From contig JAQFVV010000003.1 of the NCBI GenBank assembly GCA_028023455.1, positions 24,800,001 to 24,864,000 of the forward strand: a stretch of 64,000 nt of DNA, read 5' to 3'. Source of the stretch: Epiperipatus broadwayi (taxonomy: Eukaryota; Animalia; Onychophora). Below are positions 12,600 to 23,940 of this stretch, piece after piece. Below the pieces are notes generated by a model that saw nothing but the letters and a program-made list of their open reading frames with translations, was not told the origin of the DNA and searched no databases. A program made the position numbers and the translations under genes. The first letter of the stretch is position 1. Every line of letters starts with the position of its first letter.

Positions 12600-15305
12600 A
12601 TATAGAGATCTCATATAACTTCAAAGAACTAACAGAACAATATACAGAACAAATAATACATACATTATACAATACATATAATTTTCCATTCATTTTTAAT
12701 TGAGTAATTGTTAACTAAATTTAATGAAGTTTTGTAAATATTCATACAGTTATTTAAGTTATGCTTAATCTAATATCAAGTTTAATTCTATGATTAATTT
12801 CATCCATTATGTTTTCTGTATTAATAATCTGGCCAAGGTATTTGTAGCTGTTAACTTCTTTTACTTCATCATAATCAATCTTTATTTTCATATTTTGAAA
12901 AAAATCATTGAACATTACTTAAGACTTTTTAACATTTATCTTTAGTCCTACTTTTCTACTTTCATCTGATAACTCTTGCAACATTTCCTGCAGCTCTAAA
13001 GCATTATTTGCAAAAATAACTACATCATCTGCAAAATCTAAATGACTTAAATAATCTCCATTTACTTTCACTCATTTAGCTTCCCATTTTAATTACCACA
13101 AAATACTTCTTGCAGCAGTGCTGTAAAACATTTTGGAGATATGGAGTCACCCTGTCTTACACCCTTCTCAATGTTGACTTTCCTAGTATCATTATGTAAT
13201 CTAATAGTTGCTGTTGCATTTTTATAAATATTCTTCAAAATATGACAATATCCTGGATCTATATCTTGATGATCTAATGCTTTAATCACTGAAGAAATGC
13301 TTATATAATCAAATGCCTTTTCATAATCTACAAATCCAAAGCATAATGGCAACTCATATTCATTTGTCCTTTCTAAAACTTCTCTCAATATCTGGATATT
13401 ATCTATTGTACTAAAACCACTTTAACAAACAGGTGTCACTGATGTCATTGAAAAAATTAAAAGACTGGAGTTGGGCTGGACATATTGCTAGAAAAGATGA
13501 TAATAGATGGACAGTTGAAATCTTAAACTGGATTCCAAGAGATTATAAAAGACCCAAAAAAGACCACATGTGAGATGAATGGATGAAATTAGAAAGTGAG
13601 CAGGGGTAACGTGGAGAAGAAAAGCTAAAGATTGGAGTAGATGGATTGAACTTGGAGAGACTTTCATCCTGCTGTAGATTGATAATGGTTGATGATGAAT
13701 AAATGTTTCATATATTTGTCTTTTCTTATCTTTAATGTAATTTAAAGATTTAATATTTTTTGTAACATCTATTTTATGCCTATACATTAAATAATGAATG
13801 TATAAAGCAGATTTATAATCTTGTCTATTAATTGCATTATTATGTTCTTTGGTTCTTACTTGTTTCCCTGTATGACCGTAGTAAATCATATTGCAAATTA
13901 CAGTTAATTTTATATACAATTCCTTCTTAGTATTTTATATCCTTTCTTAATTTATAATTACCTATTAATTTATTCAGACCTTTAGTATTCCACTATCCAA
14001 TATTTATATGCTTATCAATATAATCTTTGTTTTTAATAATGTATTATAAATTTTGGGATATGAAAGTTTGATCCATTTCTTATTTGAACTATTGTTACTA
14101 TCAACATTATAAGCATTTCACAAGAGTTGTTATCACTTACTATAGATTTCTTAGAATTAAAAAATATATTTTTAATAATTTTAGGGTTGTAGTCATAATC
14201 ATTATATAATTTAACAAATTGATTCTTTTATCTATGAGCTACATTTTTATATATATTATATTTATTATTTCTATATTTAAAATTTTTAATAAATGCCATC
14301 TTTTGTAACTATGCTTGTTATGACTCTATAGGAATAATTTGTTTAAATTTGTCTTCTTTACTGAAATGTTTTAATTTATTAACAATATCTATGTGAATAT
14401 TTATATCAAAATATTTAATTTTATTGTCAAATTCTACTTTTGTAAATTTAATATTATACATATTGTCATTAAAATCTTTATAAATATTATTCATAGCTTT
14501 TTTTTTATACTAGTAATTAAAATATCATTAACATATCTAGAATAATTTCTTGACTAATTTTTTTTTGTTTAAATTTTAATAGTTTTTAATTCATTTACAA
14601 ATGTTGATGGCATTGACCCATTAATTGCACAAGCCATATTCCATCCTTTATGTATATTCCAAAATTCATCATATTTAAAATATAAACTATTATGTATTAC
14701 TGTCTTCTATAATACTTATTATGTTTATATCAATTATATATTGATTTAATTTTATTTATTAATATTTCTACACTTTTAAGTCTTGTAATAGTTGGATACA
14801 TTTTTTCACTATCCATTATAAAAATACTTTGATTCTTAGTTAATTTTATATTATTTAATTTATTAATAATACTATTTGTATTTTTGATAGAAAATTTTCC
14901 ATATCCTAAAATACCTACTATCATTTATTTAGATATTTACAAAATTTCTGTAAAATAAAATGACTAAAATTGAATGACAATCTCAATAGATTATTATTTT
15001 TATGAATTTTAACTTTTGTAAAAAGATGAGCGTTGAGATATGGGTTTTCATAAGAATAATATAATAATTCACACTGATTTATATTTATAATTTTATCTTT
15101 CATTTTATTACATAATTTTATATATTTGTTTTTTTTTTATACCAGTAGTAGGGACTTTTAGTAATTTATTATATCATACTCTATTCTATCTATATAATCT
15201 TTATATTACACGATAACAAATCTATTGCCTTTATTTTCCTTACAAATAATAATCCTCTCAACATCACAGATATCCTTAATATTGTTAATAAAACTTCTAT
15301 ATTTA
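12600..15305 (-). mobile_element. Penelope-like element relic (RT + GIY-YIG endonuclease), interrupted by an RTE insertion
   Basis: Minus-strand remnants in order: IIICKENKGNRFVIV*YKDY (PADKG-like, ~15250), LFTKVKIHK (LPKIHK-like), KNTNSIINKL..MDSEKMYPTI (RT), CNMIYYGHTGKQVRTKEH (GIY-YIG), RQIYETF. After the LINE it continues KTSLNLVNNYSIKNEWKII (~12735-12680). Confidence 0.8.
12750..13697. mobile_element. 5'-truncated RTE LINE with an internal inversion (twin-priming-like)
   Basis: 12750-13420 is RT on the minus strand (ORF 13089-13388: FVDYEKAFD, GVRQGDSISPK). 13430-13697 is the 3' end on the plus strand with a gat tail. A possible decayed TSD (tatgaa[ac/t]attta) lies on both sides. Confidence 0.8.
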
Positions 15306-15307
15306 TG

Positions 15308-15865
15308 GCCACTAATCATTAATTAAACTAGAGATTGCCTATATCCCAGATATAAACTTTAAACCTCAGTTAAAGATTAATATATCTGATTCTTAAAAAA
15401 AAATTAAACACACACACACGAAATTATTCACATTTCTCTTTCCCACATGTAGTATCTTTATAAATATATTAAATAATCTTCATACTAACACACATTCTTT
15501 TAAAATCATATGAATAAAAATACAATAAAAGACAAATGACTTCCAAGATGCATTTCATGCCGATCCAGCACTCGTCAGTTATCCCAGGTCATCATCTCTC
15601 ATATATATCTCTATTGTATGAAGAGTATTTGTCAATAATAAATTCTTATATTTTGATTTACAACTATTAAATTCACTCGTCCCAAAATTTTGACACCATC
15701 CAATTCAGATAAATACAGTAACCATTATCACTAATCATTAACTAGACTATGGATTGCCTCTAGCTCAAATATAAACTTTAAACCTCAGTTAAAGATTAAT
15801 ATGTCTGTTGTTGTTTTTAATTAAACACACACACCAGAAGTTATTCACATTTTTCTTTCTCATGT
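15308..15865 (-). repeat. Family B partial tandem (about 1.3 monomers, 419-bp period)
   Basis: actaatcatt at 15311 and 15730, each followed by the same atataaactttaaacctcagttaaagattaatat..ttattcacatt block. Confidence 0.9.
15543..15582 (-). ncRNA. Minimal type I hammerhead ribozyme, near intact
   Basis: Minus strand: ataa CTGACGA gtgctg-gat-cggcat GAAA tgca TC ttgg. Stem II pairs with G-U, stem III core ATGCAT is palindromic, cleavage triplet AUC. Confidence 0.75.
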
Positions 15866-16593
15866 CACACTATCATGCATTCTTTTTATGATGGAGCAAA
15901 TGAGAAAAAATCCAATCACATTGCAATGGACAATGGTTTCCATAAATTAAATTATTATGCAAAAGATTAAAGTATGTGGTGAAGATATGATTAAAAAAGT
16001 ATGTTATTTATGAGAAATAAATCTATGTTTGATGATGACATTTTTTGAAAATTGTTACTGGAAAAATGATTTGTAAAACTTCTCCATTTTGCTCCAAAGA
16101 CCTAACAGCAGTAATCCACAATCAATCACTGTGCTATTCTTCTAGTATGAATAACAACATAACACCAAATAGCTGGCAGTGCCAATCAGATTTTCAATCT
16201 GTTTTTGATTTCATATGATATTATATTTTGAAATAAATTAACATATATTTAAATACTCTTTTTCTCTATTTATAGCTTTAATCTTATCTATTTAATCTCC
16301 CAATTTTACTATAAACTTCTAATTATGATTTCCTAAATATCACAGAGCATTTCCCCGCACCAATGTTTTGGTATAATAACTATTGTTAAAATTTGTACAA
16401 AGTAGTACCAAAAAAAGAATTTTCTAATCGACTAATAATTTTTATTAACTATTCATTAGATTAGAGATTATCTACTTAATGAATAATATTTCTGTAGTAT
16501 AATTTTCATTACACAACTCTCAAGCAAGATAGGGATTGGTTTCTATCCACTTTGAACAATGATAAAGATATGTGCAAGAGATTGTGATCTGGA

Positions 16594-16635
16594 CCAACTG
16601 ATGAGTGCTAGTTCAGCATGAAATGTTCATTGTGG
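16594..16635 (+). ncRNA. Hammerhead motif in a different repeat body (family C); stem III degenerate
   Basis: ccaa CTGATGA gtgct-agttc-agcat GAAA tgttcattgtgg. The preceding gagattgtgatctgga resembles families A/B, but the further flanks differ. Confidence 0.6.
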
Positions 16636-16799
16636 GTATCATATATCGTTTGTACAAGTCTTTGGTCATATGTTTATGATTATACCACTTCACAAGGTGT
16701 TAAAAGCAGAAAACCAGTCGCTACCATGTGTGAGAGTGGTGTAGTGAAAATTACACTATAGAAATATTATCCTCTAGTTTACATTATCCTCTAGTCTCC

Positions 16800-17095
16800 A
16801 TACTTCCCCATTCTTTTTAAATTCATATAAATAAAGATATAATAAAAGACAAATGACCTCCAAGATGCATTTCGTGCTGAAGCAGCACTCATCAATTGGC
16901 CCAGGTCACTATCTCTCATATATATCTTTATTATATGTAAAGTATTTATCTAGAATAAATTGTTACATTTTCAGTTACCATTGTCAAACTTCCTCCACTC
17001 ACAGTTTTGATGACATCCATTTCAGATAAATATACTAATGATTATTACTAATCATTTTTGAAACTAGAGATTATCTCTAGTACAGATATCTATCT
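16800..17095 (-). repeat. Family B copy, permuted start
   Basis: Collinear with 15490-15790. Confidence 0.8.
16860..16899 (-). ncRNA. Minimal type I hammerhead ribozyme with a U3 variant
   Basis: Minus strand: ccaa TTGATGA gtgctg-ctt-cagcac GAAA tgca TC ttgg. Perfect 6-bp stem II, perfect 4-bp stem I, and distal extension gacct/aggtc. Confidence 0.75.
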
Positions 17096-18089
17096 ACATT
17101 TAATCTATTTGATAATAATAATCTCGTTCTTTCTAATATAACCTACCTACTACTAAAGAATTTCCTATTAAAAAAACAATCTAAAAATTTATCAAGGAAT
17201 TTTTTCGGCATCACCTCCTGGAATCACAAACTCTGGAGTGGCGGGAAATAACTGGTGGAAAGTACAACCAAACTGTCACTGATAAAGATCAAGTCTTGTA
17301 ATTTGATCATAGTAATTTTTATCAAAAACTTTTTACAAACACAAAACCTGTAATTTCACAGAACACTTAACACAGTTTTTTTTTTTTAATAAAATGTTTA
17401 AGTATAAATACGGTTATGTATGTAAAACTGTTAATTCTTGCTGTAAATTTTTCATGCATTTTTTAATGATTGATTTGACACCATACGTGAGAAGTATTAC
17501 TGAGAAACTTTTAGTTGAAAGGTTTGTAAACTTGCTGCCATAAAATACTTTAAAATGTAAAAAGTTCGAGGAGGGGTCATTGTTTTTCTTTTTAATCTTT
17601 GCTAAGATTAAATTTCCCTCAAACGTTAGTTAATTTACAATAATTTAAACATTTGTTTAGAAATTTCATTACTTTTTTTTTCTCTCCTTTCCACAGCTAT
17701 TTAAAAAAAAAGTAAAAGAGATGGCAAAACATTAATTAGATAAGCAAAGAAGCAAACCTTTAATGAGATGAAAGAGAGAAGCCAGCCATTACTAATTTAG
17801 AAAGATGAGGATTATGCAAGTAAGGCCATTCAACTAATGGTCTGATTATTATTAGAAACTTTCCACTAAACAAAAAAAAAAGTGCTATACGTAAATTAAA
17901 ATACTTTTCTGAAGATTAAAGAGTTAAAGTAATAATATGCTTAATCTGATGTTAAAAAAAACAAACAAATTATGAATTGCAGCGCTTCTGGCGTTTGCAT
18001 AACTTGTGTTCGAATTTGCCCAGTTAAAACTTGAATATCTTTTCAAGTTCCAATTGGACCAGTCTAAAACTAATTTTACTTAACAACCA

Positions 18090-19255
18090 ATATAATATTT
18101 GAAATACAAGCATAAATTATATACTTGGAGTTTAAATATAATTATAGTGGATTTGAACACAGATTTTCAAGTTCCTTCAGTTATCCCTCTATCTCATACA
18201 ACCGATATACATGACCACGCAGATATGAAAAATATCTCATACAACCGATATACATGACCACGCAGATATGAAAAATATAAATGATCTCCAATATATGGTC
18301 CAGATCATCATCTCTCTCACACATACATATATAATCAATAAATGTGGTTTTAATTTCTCCTTATTTGTAATAATAAAAATACTTAATTGTAAATTATTAG
18401 AGAAAAAATATATAGTTAATAATAAATTTGGCTGAACGTTTTCGAGGAACTGTGCCTCATACTCATAGCCTTCGTGAAAATGTACGTAATATATGTAAAT
18501 GAAAATCAATGCAAACTTTAATGAACAGGCTTCAATCTATTCCATCATCCAACTCTTCATCTACCCATACCATTGAAAATCTGATGATGAAAAGTCCAAA
18601 TCCCTTGTTGATTCCAATATTATTGCAATGCCCATGGAGACTTTAAATCATTCTGACCCCTAATGTATAGGACTTTGTCCATTTAAATTCACAGAGGAGG
18701 GATGGGCAGGGTACACCCTGAATCTGCAATATTTGAAATACAAGCATAATTCATATACTTGGAGTTTAAATCAAATACCTTATAATTCCATTTATATCCA
18801 AATATATCATTATGCTTGTATTTCAAATATTATGGATTCGGCCTATATCCTGCCCATTCCTCTTCTGTAAATTTAAATGGATTAAGATCCTATACATGAA
18901 GGATCAGGGTGATTTAAAGTCAATAATATTGTCATCAATAATATTGACATCAATAAGGAATTTTAGCATTCCATCATCAGATTTTCAATGGTATAGGTGG
19001 CTAAAGAGTTGGGGAATAGAGTAGATTGAAGTCTGCCTGTTAAAGTTTGAAGATTTGCTATCTTAACATAAACCCGAGCACTGATTTTATATATGTGTGT
19101 GGGAGATGATGATCTGCACCAACTAATGAATGCTGGTTCAGCACGAAATATGTATATTGGAGATCATTTATCTTTTTCACCTATGTGTGGTTATGTTTAT
19201 CAGTTGTATGAGATAGAGTGGGAGTTTGAAAGTCTGTGTTCAAATCCCCTATAGT
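18090..19255. repeat. Family A cluster: minus copy with the HHR core deleted (18090-18340), minus arm (18500-18770), plus monomer (18805-19255)
   Basis: 18500-18770 and 18805-19050 are inverted copies (aatatttgaaatacaagcata / tatgcttgtatttcaaatatt; atttaaattcacagaggagg / cctcttctgtaaatttaaat). There is an internal 42-bp tandem duplication near 18190-18275. Confidence 0.85.
19119..19160 (+). ncRNA. Hammerhead motif with a G5A core mutation
   Basis: ccaa CTAATGA atgctg-gtt-cagcac GAAA tatgta TA ttgg, with distal stem gatct/agatc. Confidence 0.65.
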
Positions 19256-19264
19256 TATATTTAA

Positions 19265-19530
19265 CATCCAATAATGATTGAAAATGAGAATATTTGGAAA
19301 TTCTTCATTAGAAAGTAAAATAAGGAAGGAAATCCTGCCCAAACTCTTGCCATTTGTTAATTCAAAATCTGGTCAATAATGTTTTCTCCTTTACTGTTCA
19401 TCCAATAATGATTGAAAATGGAATATTTGGAAATTCTTTATTAGAAAGTAAAATAAGGAAGGAATTCTACCCAAACTCTTGCCATTTGTTAATTCAAAAT
19501 CTGGTCAATAATGTTTTCTCCTTTACTGTT
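19265..19530. repeat. ~135-bp tandem duplication within a probable LINE remnant
   Basis: catccaataatgattgaaaatg...ggtcaataatgttttctcctttactgttc occurs twice in tandem. Confidence 0.85.
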
Positions 19531-20047
19531 CCTTTACAAGGACTCATTGGAGAGGCTTATTTTATTTCTTATCTATATAAAATAACATACCTAATAAAAT
19601 ATTTAACAAATTTTTTCATTGGATGGTAAAATACCTCTTTAACTTTATTAAAAATTTGTTTACCTTAGTTATATTTTGCTCTAGCATTTTTATAGTTATT
19701 TTTATCATTTTGCAAACAATTTTTCTTCAAAGCATTAACCGGCTTCATAACTTTCTATCTAATCATTGTTCTTAGTCTTTTATCATCAAATAAAATCACA
19801 GCTTTTGAGTTGGACTTATTGATTTTTACTCAACACTTTATATGAATTTTAATCAGTTCAAGTTAGAATTTTGATAAACTCATTTTGACATTTGTAAGTA
19901 CTGCCACATTATTAGCAAAACTGTTGCAATGAATCTCTTACAACCTCACTATCCCTTTCATACTTATCAGAATAATATTCTTTTAAATAAACAAAACATG
20001 AAAAAGATATCTGGCTCTACATTTTTTCCTATTTCTATACTTTGCTT

Positions 20048-21140
20048 GGTAGTTTTCTCTTAGCGTGTTGAAACTGCAAGAGGGTATACTGTTTATGTAA
20101 ACAAATACAAATATAATGTTACTGGGTAGTTTTCTCTTAGCGTGTTGAAACCGTGAGAGGGCATAGTTTTTATGTAAACAAACATAAATACAATGTTACT
20201 GGGCCTTTTTTTTATTTTCAATTTAATGTTATTTTCTAAAATGGAATAATTACATTTTTAAATGACATTATACATTTTAGTGCCTTGCAACATTTTGCAA
20301 ACTATTTTTAAACAATTTACGAAATGATATTATTTGTAAAAACATTATACGTACAAGAATTACAATATTTTAAATTGTATTCCACAAGTCAGTGTGTAGC
20401 GCTGGAATGTGCATAGGGGGGAATGATGGTTTTGCCGGTCCGAAGCCAAAGATGCAGTATTCAATTTATGTATCAACATTTTTTTCTAAAATACAATAAT
20501 TACATTTTAAAATTACATTAGACATGTCAGTGCATTACACTGAAATGTGCAGGGGGGGGAGGCTGATGGGTTTTGCTGGTCCAAAGGATTGGCCAAAAGA
20601 TGCAGTACTCTGATCAAACTAAGTTTACGATTTCCAAAACAACTTACAACCTTGGCCATTTCATTCGACTCATAACTGTTCTTGTGCAAATGCTTTTCTC
20701 ATGACTTGTGTGAAATGGTGCTTGGCCCGACCCTTTTGCGATTGTTTTCACATTCCGTGATGTGTAGGAAAGCAGGGGGATGGGCTTACAATTATTAGCA
20801 TGTACTAGTACATCAGTTAGAGTGTAAGATCACTGTTACAAAGGCATATTACAACAGTTATGGCCAGTTGAATTTCAAACACCCTCACAATATACGGTAG
20901 CGATCTGTTAAGTGTGCACATTTGCATAGTGTCATGAAGCACATCAGCAGGCCATAATATTGGTGTGCAATGCCATCTAAGCCTGCAACAGCTAATGTAA
21001 CAGAACTGTTCTATAGGCTGTAACTTTCCATACAAAAGCACAGAAATATTGAGCCGTATAAATGGCATATTTCTGTGTGTTTGCATAGAAAGTACGCTCT
21101 CTCATGGTTTCAACACACTAAGAGAAGACTACCCTTTCCT
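20048..21140. mobile_element. Non-autonomous TIR DNA transposon, Kolobok-like right end
   Basis: The ~65-bp block gggtagttttctcttagcgtgttgaaaccgtgagaggg at 20124 (duplicated at 20048) is inverted at 21075-21134. The right end reads ...ccctttcct|TTAA, matching the Kolobok TTAA|AGG..CCT|TTAA pattern. The left terminus is decayed, so the superfamily call is inference. Confidence 0.55.
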
Positions 21141-21289
21141 TTAAAAAACATCTGTTGTCTTTGTTGTTGTGTTATATATATATATATTCTCATTTTCCAC
21201 CATTTTGCAAACATCGACCAGCTCAAAATGCTCAAACTATTCTCTCATTAAGCATGCATTTTGAAAACAACTTAGCTGAACAAGTAAGT

Positions 21290-21720
21290 TAGAAATATCA
21301 AACACCAGCATATTCATGCCCACATTGACAGTTTCCATTATACAATTAGAGATTGGCTTCCATCCACTCAGCATTAGAGAGATATTTCAAATGTGTTTTG
21401 GTTTTTATTACTGCATTCCTTATCTCAACTACCCTATACTATATTTGTAAAATATTAAGGATTCATACTTTATTAATGGCAATAATAACTCCATCAATAG
21501 ACGAGATACCTGCTATGACATCTCTAAACGTTGAATTATCTAGTTCATTTGCATACGCTTTGCATACTGCTTTGTTTCCTTGCCCTATTTCCTCGTTCTG
21601 CAGCTCACAGTACCGCTATGAATATGAGGCAAAAAGCCTCGAAAGCGCTTAGTGTATAGTAATTTCTGTGTATCTTTATAGCTTCTCATTCAAGTGTGTC
21701 ATACGCTTTGTTAATTTCCT
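21290..21720 (+). mobile_element. Penelope-like element 3' end (GIY-YIG C-terminus + pseudo-LTR)
   Basis: Remnant *NIKDSYFINGNNNSINRRDTCYDIS resembles the R-x-IKE-xx-I...LNRD-x-G-Y end of PLE GIY-YIG ORFs, and an HHR-like motif follows. Confidence 0.55.
21614..21654 (+). ncRNA. Degenerate PLE-type minimal hammerhead
   Basis: cgct ATGAATA t gaggc-aaaaa-gcctc GAAA gcgc TT agtg. Perfect 5-bp stem II and palindromic AGCGCT stem III; the CUGANGA box has two changes. Confidence 0.55.
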
Positions 21721-22429
21721 ATACTATATTGTAACCATTCAACAGCACAAAAGTTTGGACCACTTTCTCTCACTACACACAGATTTCACAAACAATCTTT
21801 GCTCATCATGTAGACTATAGATATCAAACATGTGAATCTCTATGCTTATATTGGCAACTTAATATTTTTCCATTAATTCCTTTTCACAAAAAATAGGTAT
21901 TGGTTTGTATTCATTTTTAACACCTTGTGGAAAAGTAAATAATTGTATGTTTTTGGGGTCTTCATCAGAACCAACTCATATTGACTTATGATTTTTATTC
22001 TTCCTTTAAGAATAATTTAAAATCCATTTGTCAGTCAAAATTTGAGTGGAAAACTGATTTGCCTATAGGATGAATACTCCAAACAGATCCCTACCTAGGC
22101 TTGCTTAGAAGTTCTCAGATAATTGGAAAAAAACTATCAAAGTCCATTCCAGATCAGCAATGAATCACAATCAAAGAAGATGGATGTGCTAACCACCAAA
22201 GCTCTTTGTGAGATCATTCCATATGCTCTTTGATAATAATTTTTATCATTTCAATTATATTTCATATTTCTTTAATTTTCTATTAGATGTATATGCCTGA
22301 AAAAAAGGCACAAATATGTCTAATCTATTACAAATTCATTAATTTTCTACTAGATGTATATGCCTGAAAAAAGGCACAAATATGTCTAATCTATTACAAA
22401 TTCATCTATTCAATATTTTAATATTTAAG

Positions 22430-23160
22430 TTTATGAGATGAAATTTATGATTCTAAAATCTTTACATTTTATTTAGAGTAACTATAAATATTGAAAGAAA
22501 ATGTATTAGTTACTCTCCTAAATTATAAATTAGATGACCAATTAGAACATATCACTCCATCTTCTTCATAGTTTTTGATGTTTTGCTCAGAATTACTCAA
22601 TTCCCCAACTAAAAACTTTGACACATTTTTTATCTTAAATTGTAGTTTTTATCATATCATTCTTCATTATTGCACATCCTATCTTCATCTACTTCACTTT
22701 CTCTTTCTATGACCATTATTTCAGTCATTCATTTCTTATCCATTTCAGTATAATCAAATGTTGGTTTCCACATACATTTGGAAAGAGATGTTAACATCTC
22801 TCCTAATAAATTGACATTTTTTGCTTCAATTGCTGTTAGATTTATAAGAATCTGTTTCTATTTTATATTGCTATTTTAACTTTATTTGTATAGGTTTATC
22901 TATTAGACATCATGATTAAGCTTTCTATATATATATTTAAATTATTTTAATATTAATATTTTACAAATTTCTGTCTCTATAGCATTTATTATCTCATTGT
23001 TAAACTAAGACCTTGCTCTCTTACTTTTCTTTATTTGTTCTAGCTTCCTTCTTTAAATATTTCTCATTTTTTATTTAAATTTACATCAATATATCATGCT
23101 AGCATTTATATTTCAATGTTTTTCACCAATTTATTAATGATTTATTTCTTTGTTGATTTT
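22430..23160 (-). mobile_element. Decayed LINE (RTE-like) fragment
   Basis: Low-complexity K/E-rich remnants on the minus strand, of the kind found in the APE-RT linker; no intact motif. Confidence 0.35.
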
Positions 23161-23171
23161 TCTTACACCAT

Positions 23172-23940
23172 ATAAATATATTAAATTTATTAAGTGCAAG
23201 CAGATGATATAATAATAATGTGAAAGGCTAAACAGATGTGCTTTAAAAATGCTTATGTGACAGCCAATCAGATGTAATAATGACTGCATGTGGAACTCTC
23301 AATTCAAAAACACAAAACAGAAATATGAGAAAAAGATGGAACCCACCTTCTCTATTTAAATTTATAGATAAATAAGCCAGATTGAAGCATTCTGAACTAA
23401 GAGCGTGAAGCTTAAAACACCACATTTAATTCACTAAATATTATATATAAATACACAATGTGAAATCTTTCAATTTACTACAAAGCAATTTTCAAATCTA
23501 ATGAAATGATAATAAGTGCAAGCAGATGATAGAATAATAACACATCTGTCGAAGGTTTTAGCCTTTCATATTATTATTATATCATCTGCTTGCACTTAAC
23601 AAATTTAATGTATTTACATTTGTTACTATCATTTCATTAGATTTGAAAATTGTTTTGTAGTAAATCGAAAGATTTCACACTGTTTACTTATATATAATAT
23701 TTAATGAATTAAATGTGGTGTTTTAAGCTTCACATTCTTAGTTCTGAATGCTTGAGTCTGGCTTATTTATATATAAATTTAAGTAGAGAAGAAGGTGGGT
23801 TCCATATTTTTCTCATATTTATGGCTTGTGTTTTTGAATTGAGAGTTCCATGTGCAGTCATTATTACATCTGATCGGCTGTCATATAAGCATTTTTAAAG
23901 TGCATCTGCCGAAGATTTTAACCTTTCATGTTATTATTAC
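23172..23940. repeat. Unclassified repeat family G: monomer with wrap-around plus inverted copy
   Basis: 23172-23510 and 23620-23940 are inverted, diverged copies (cagccaatcagatgtaataatgactgca; they give the similar spurious ORFs 23243-23425 - and 23713-23898 +). Confidence 0.9.

Noticed and set aside
21955-21975. CTGATGA followed by agaccccaaaaa on the minus strand
   Set aside because: The second half of stem II and the GAAA box are absent; at most a truncated relic.
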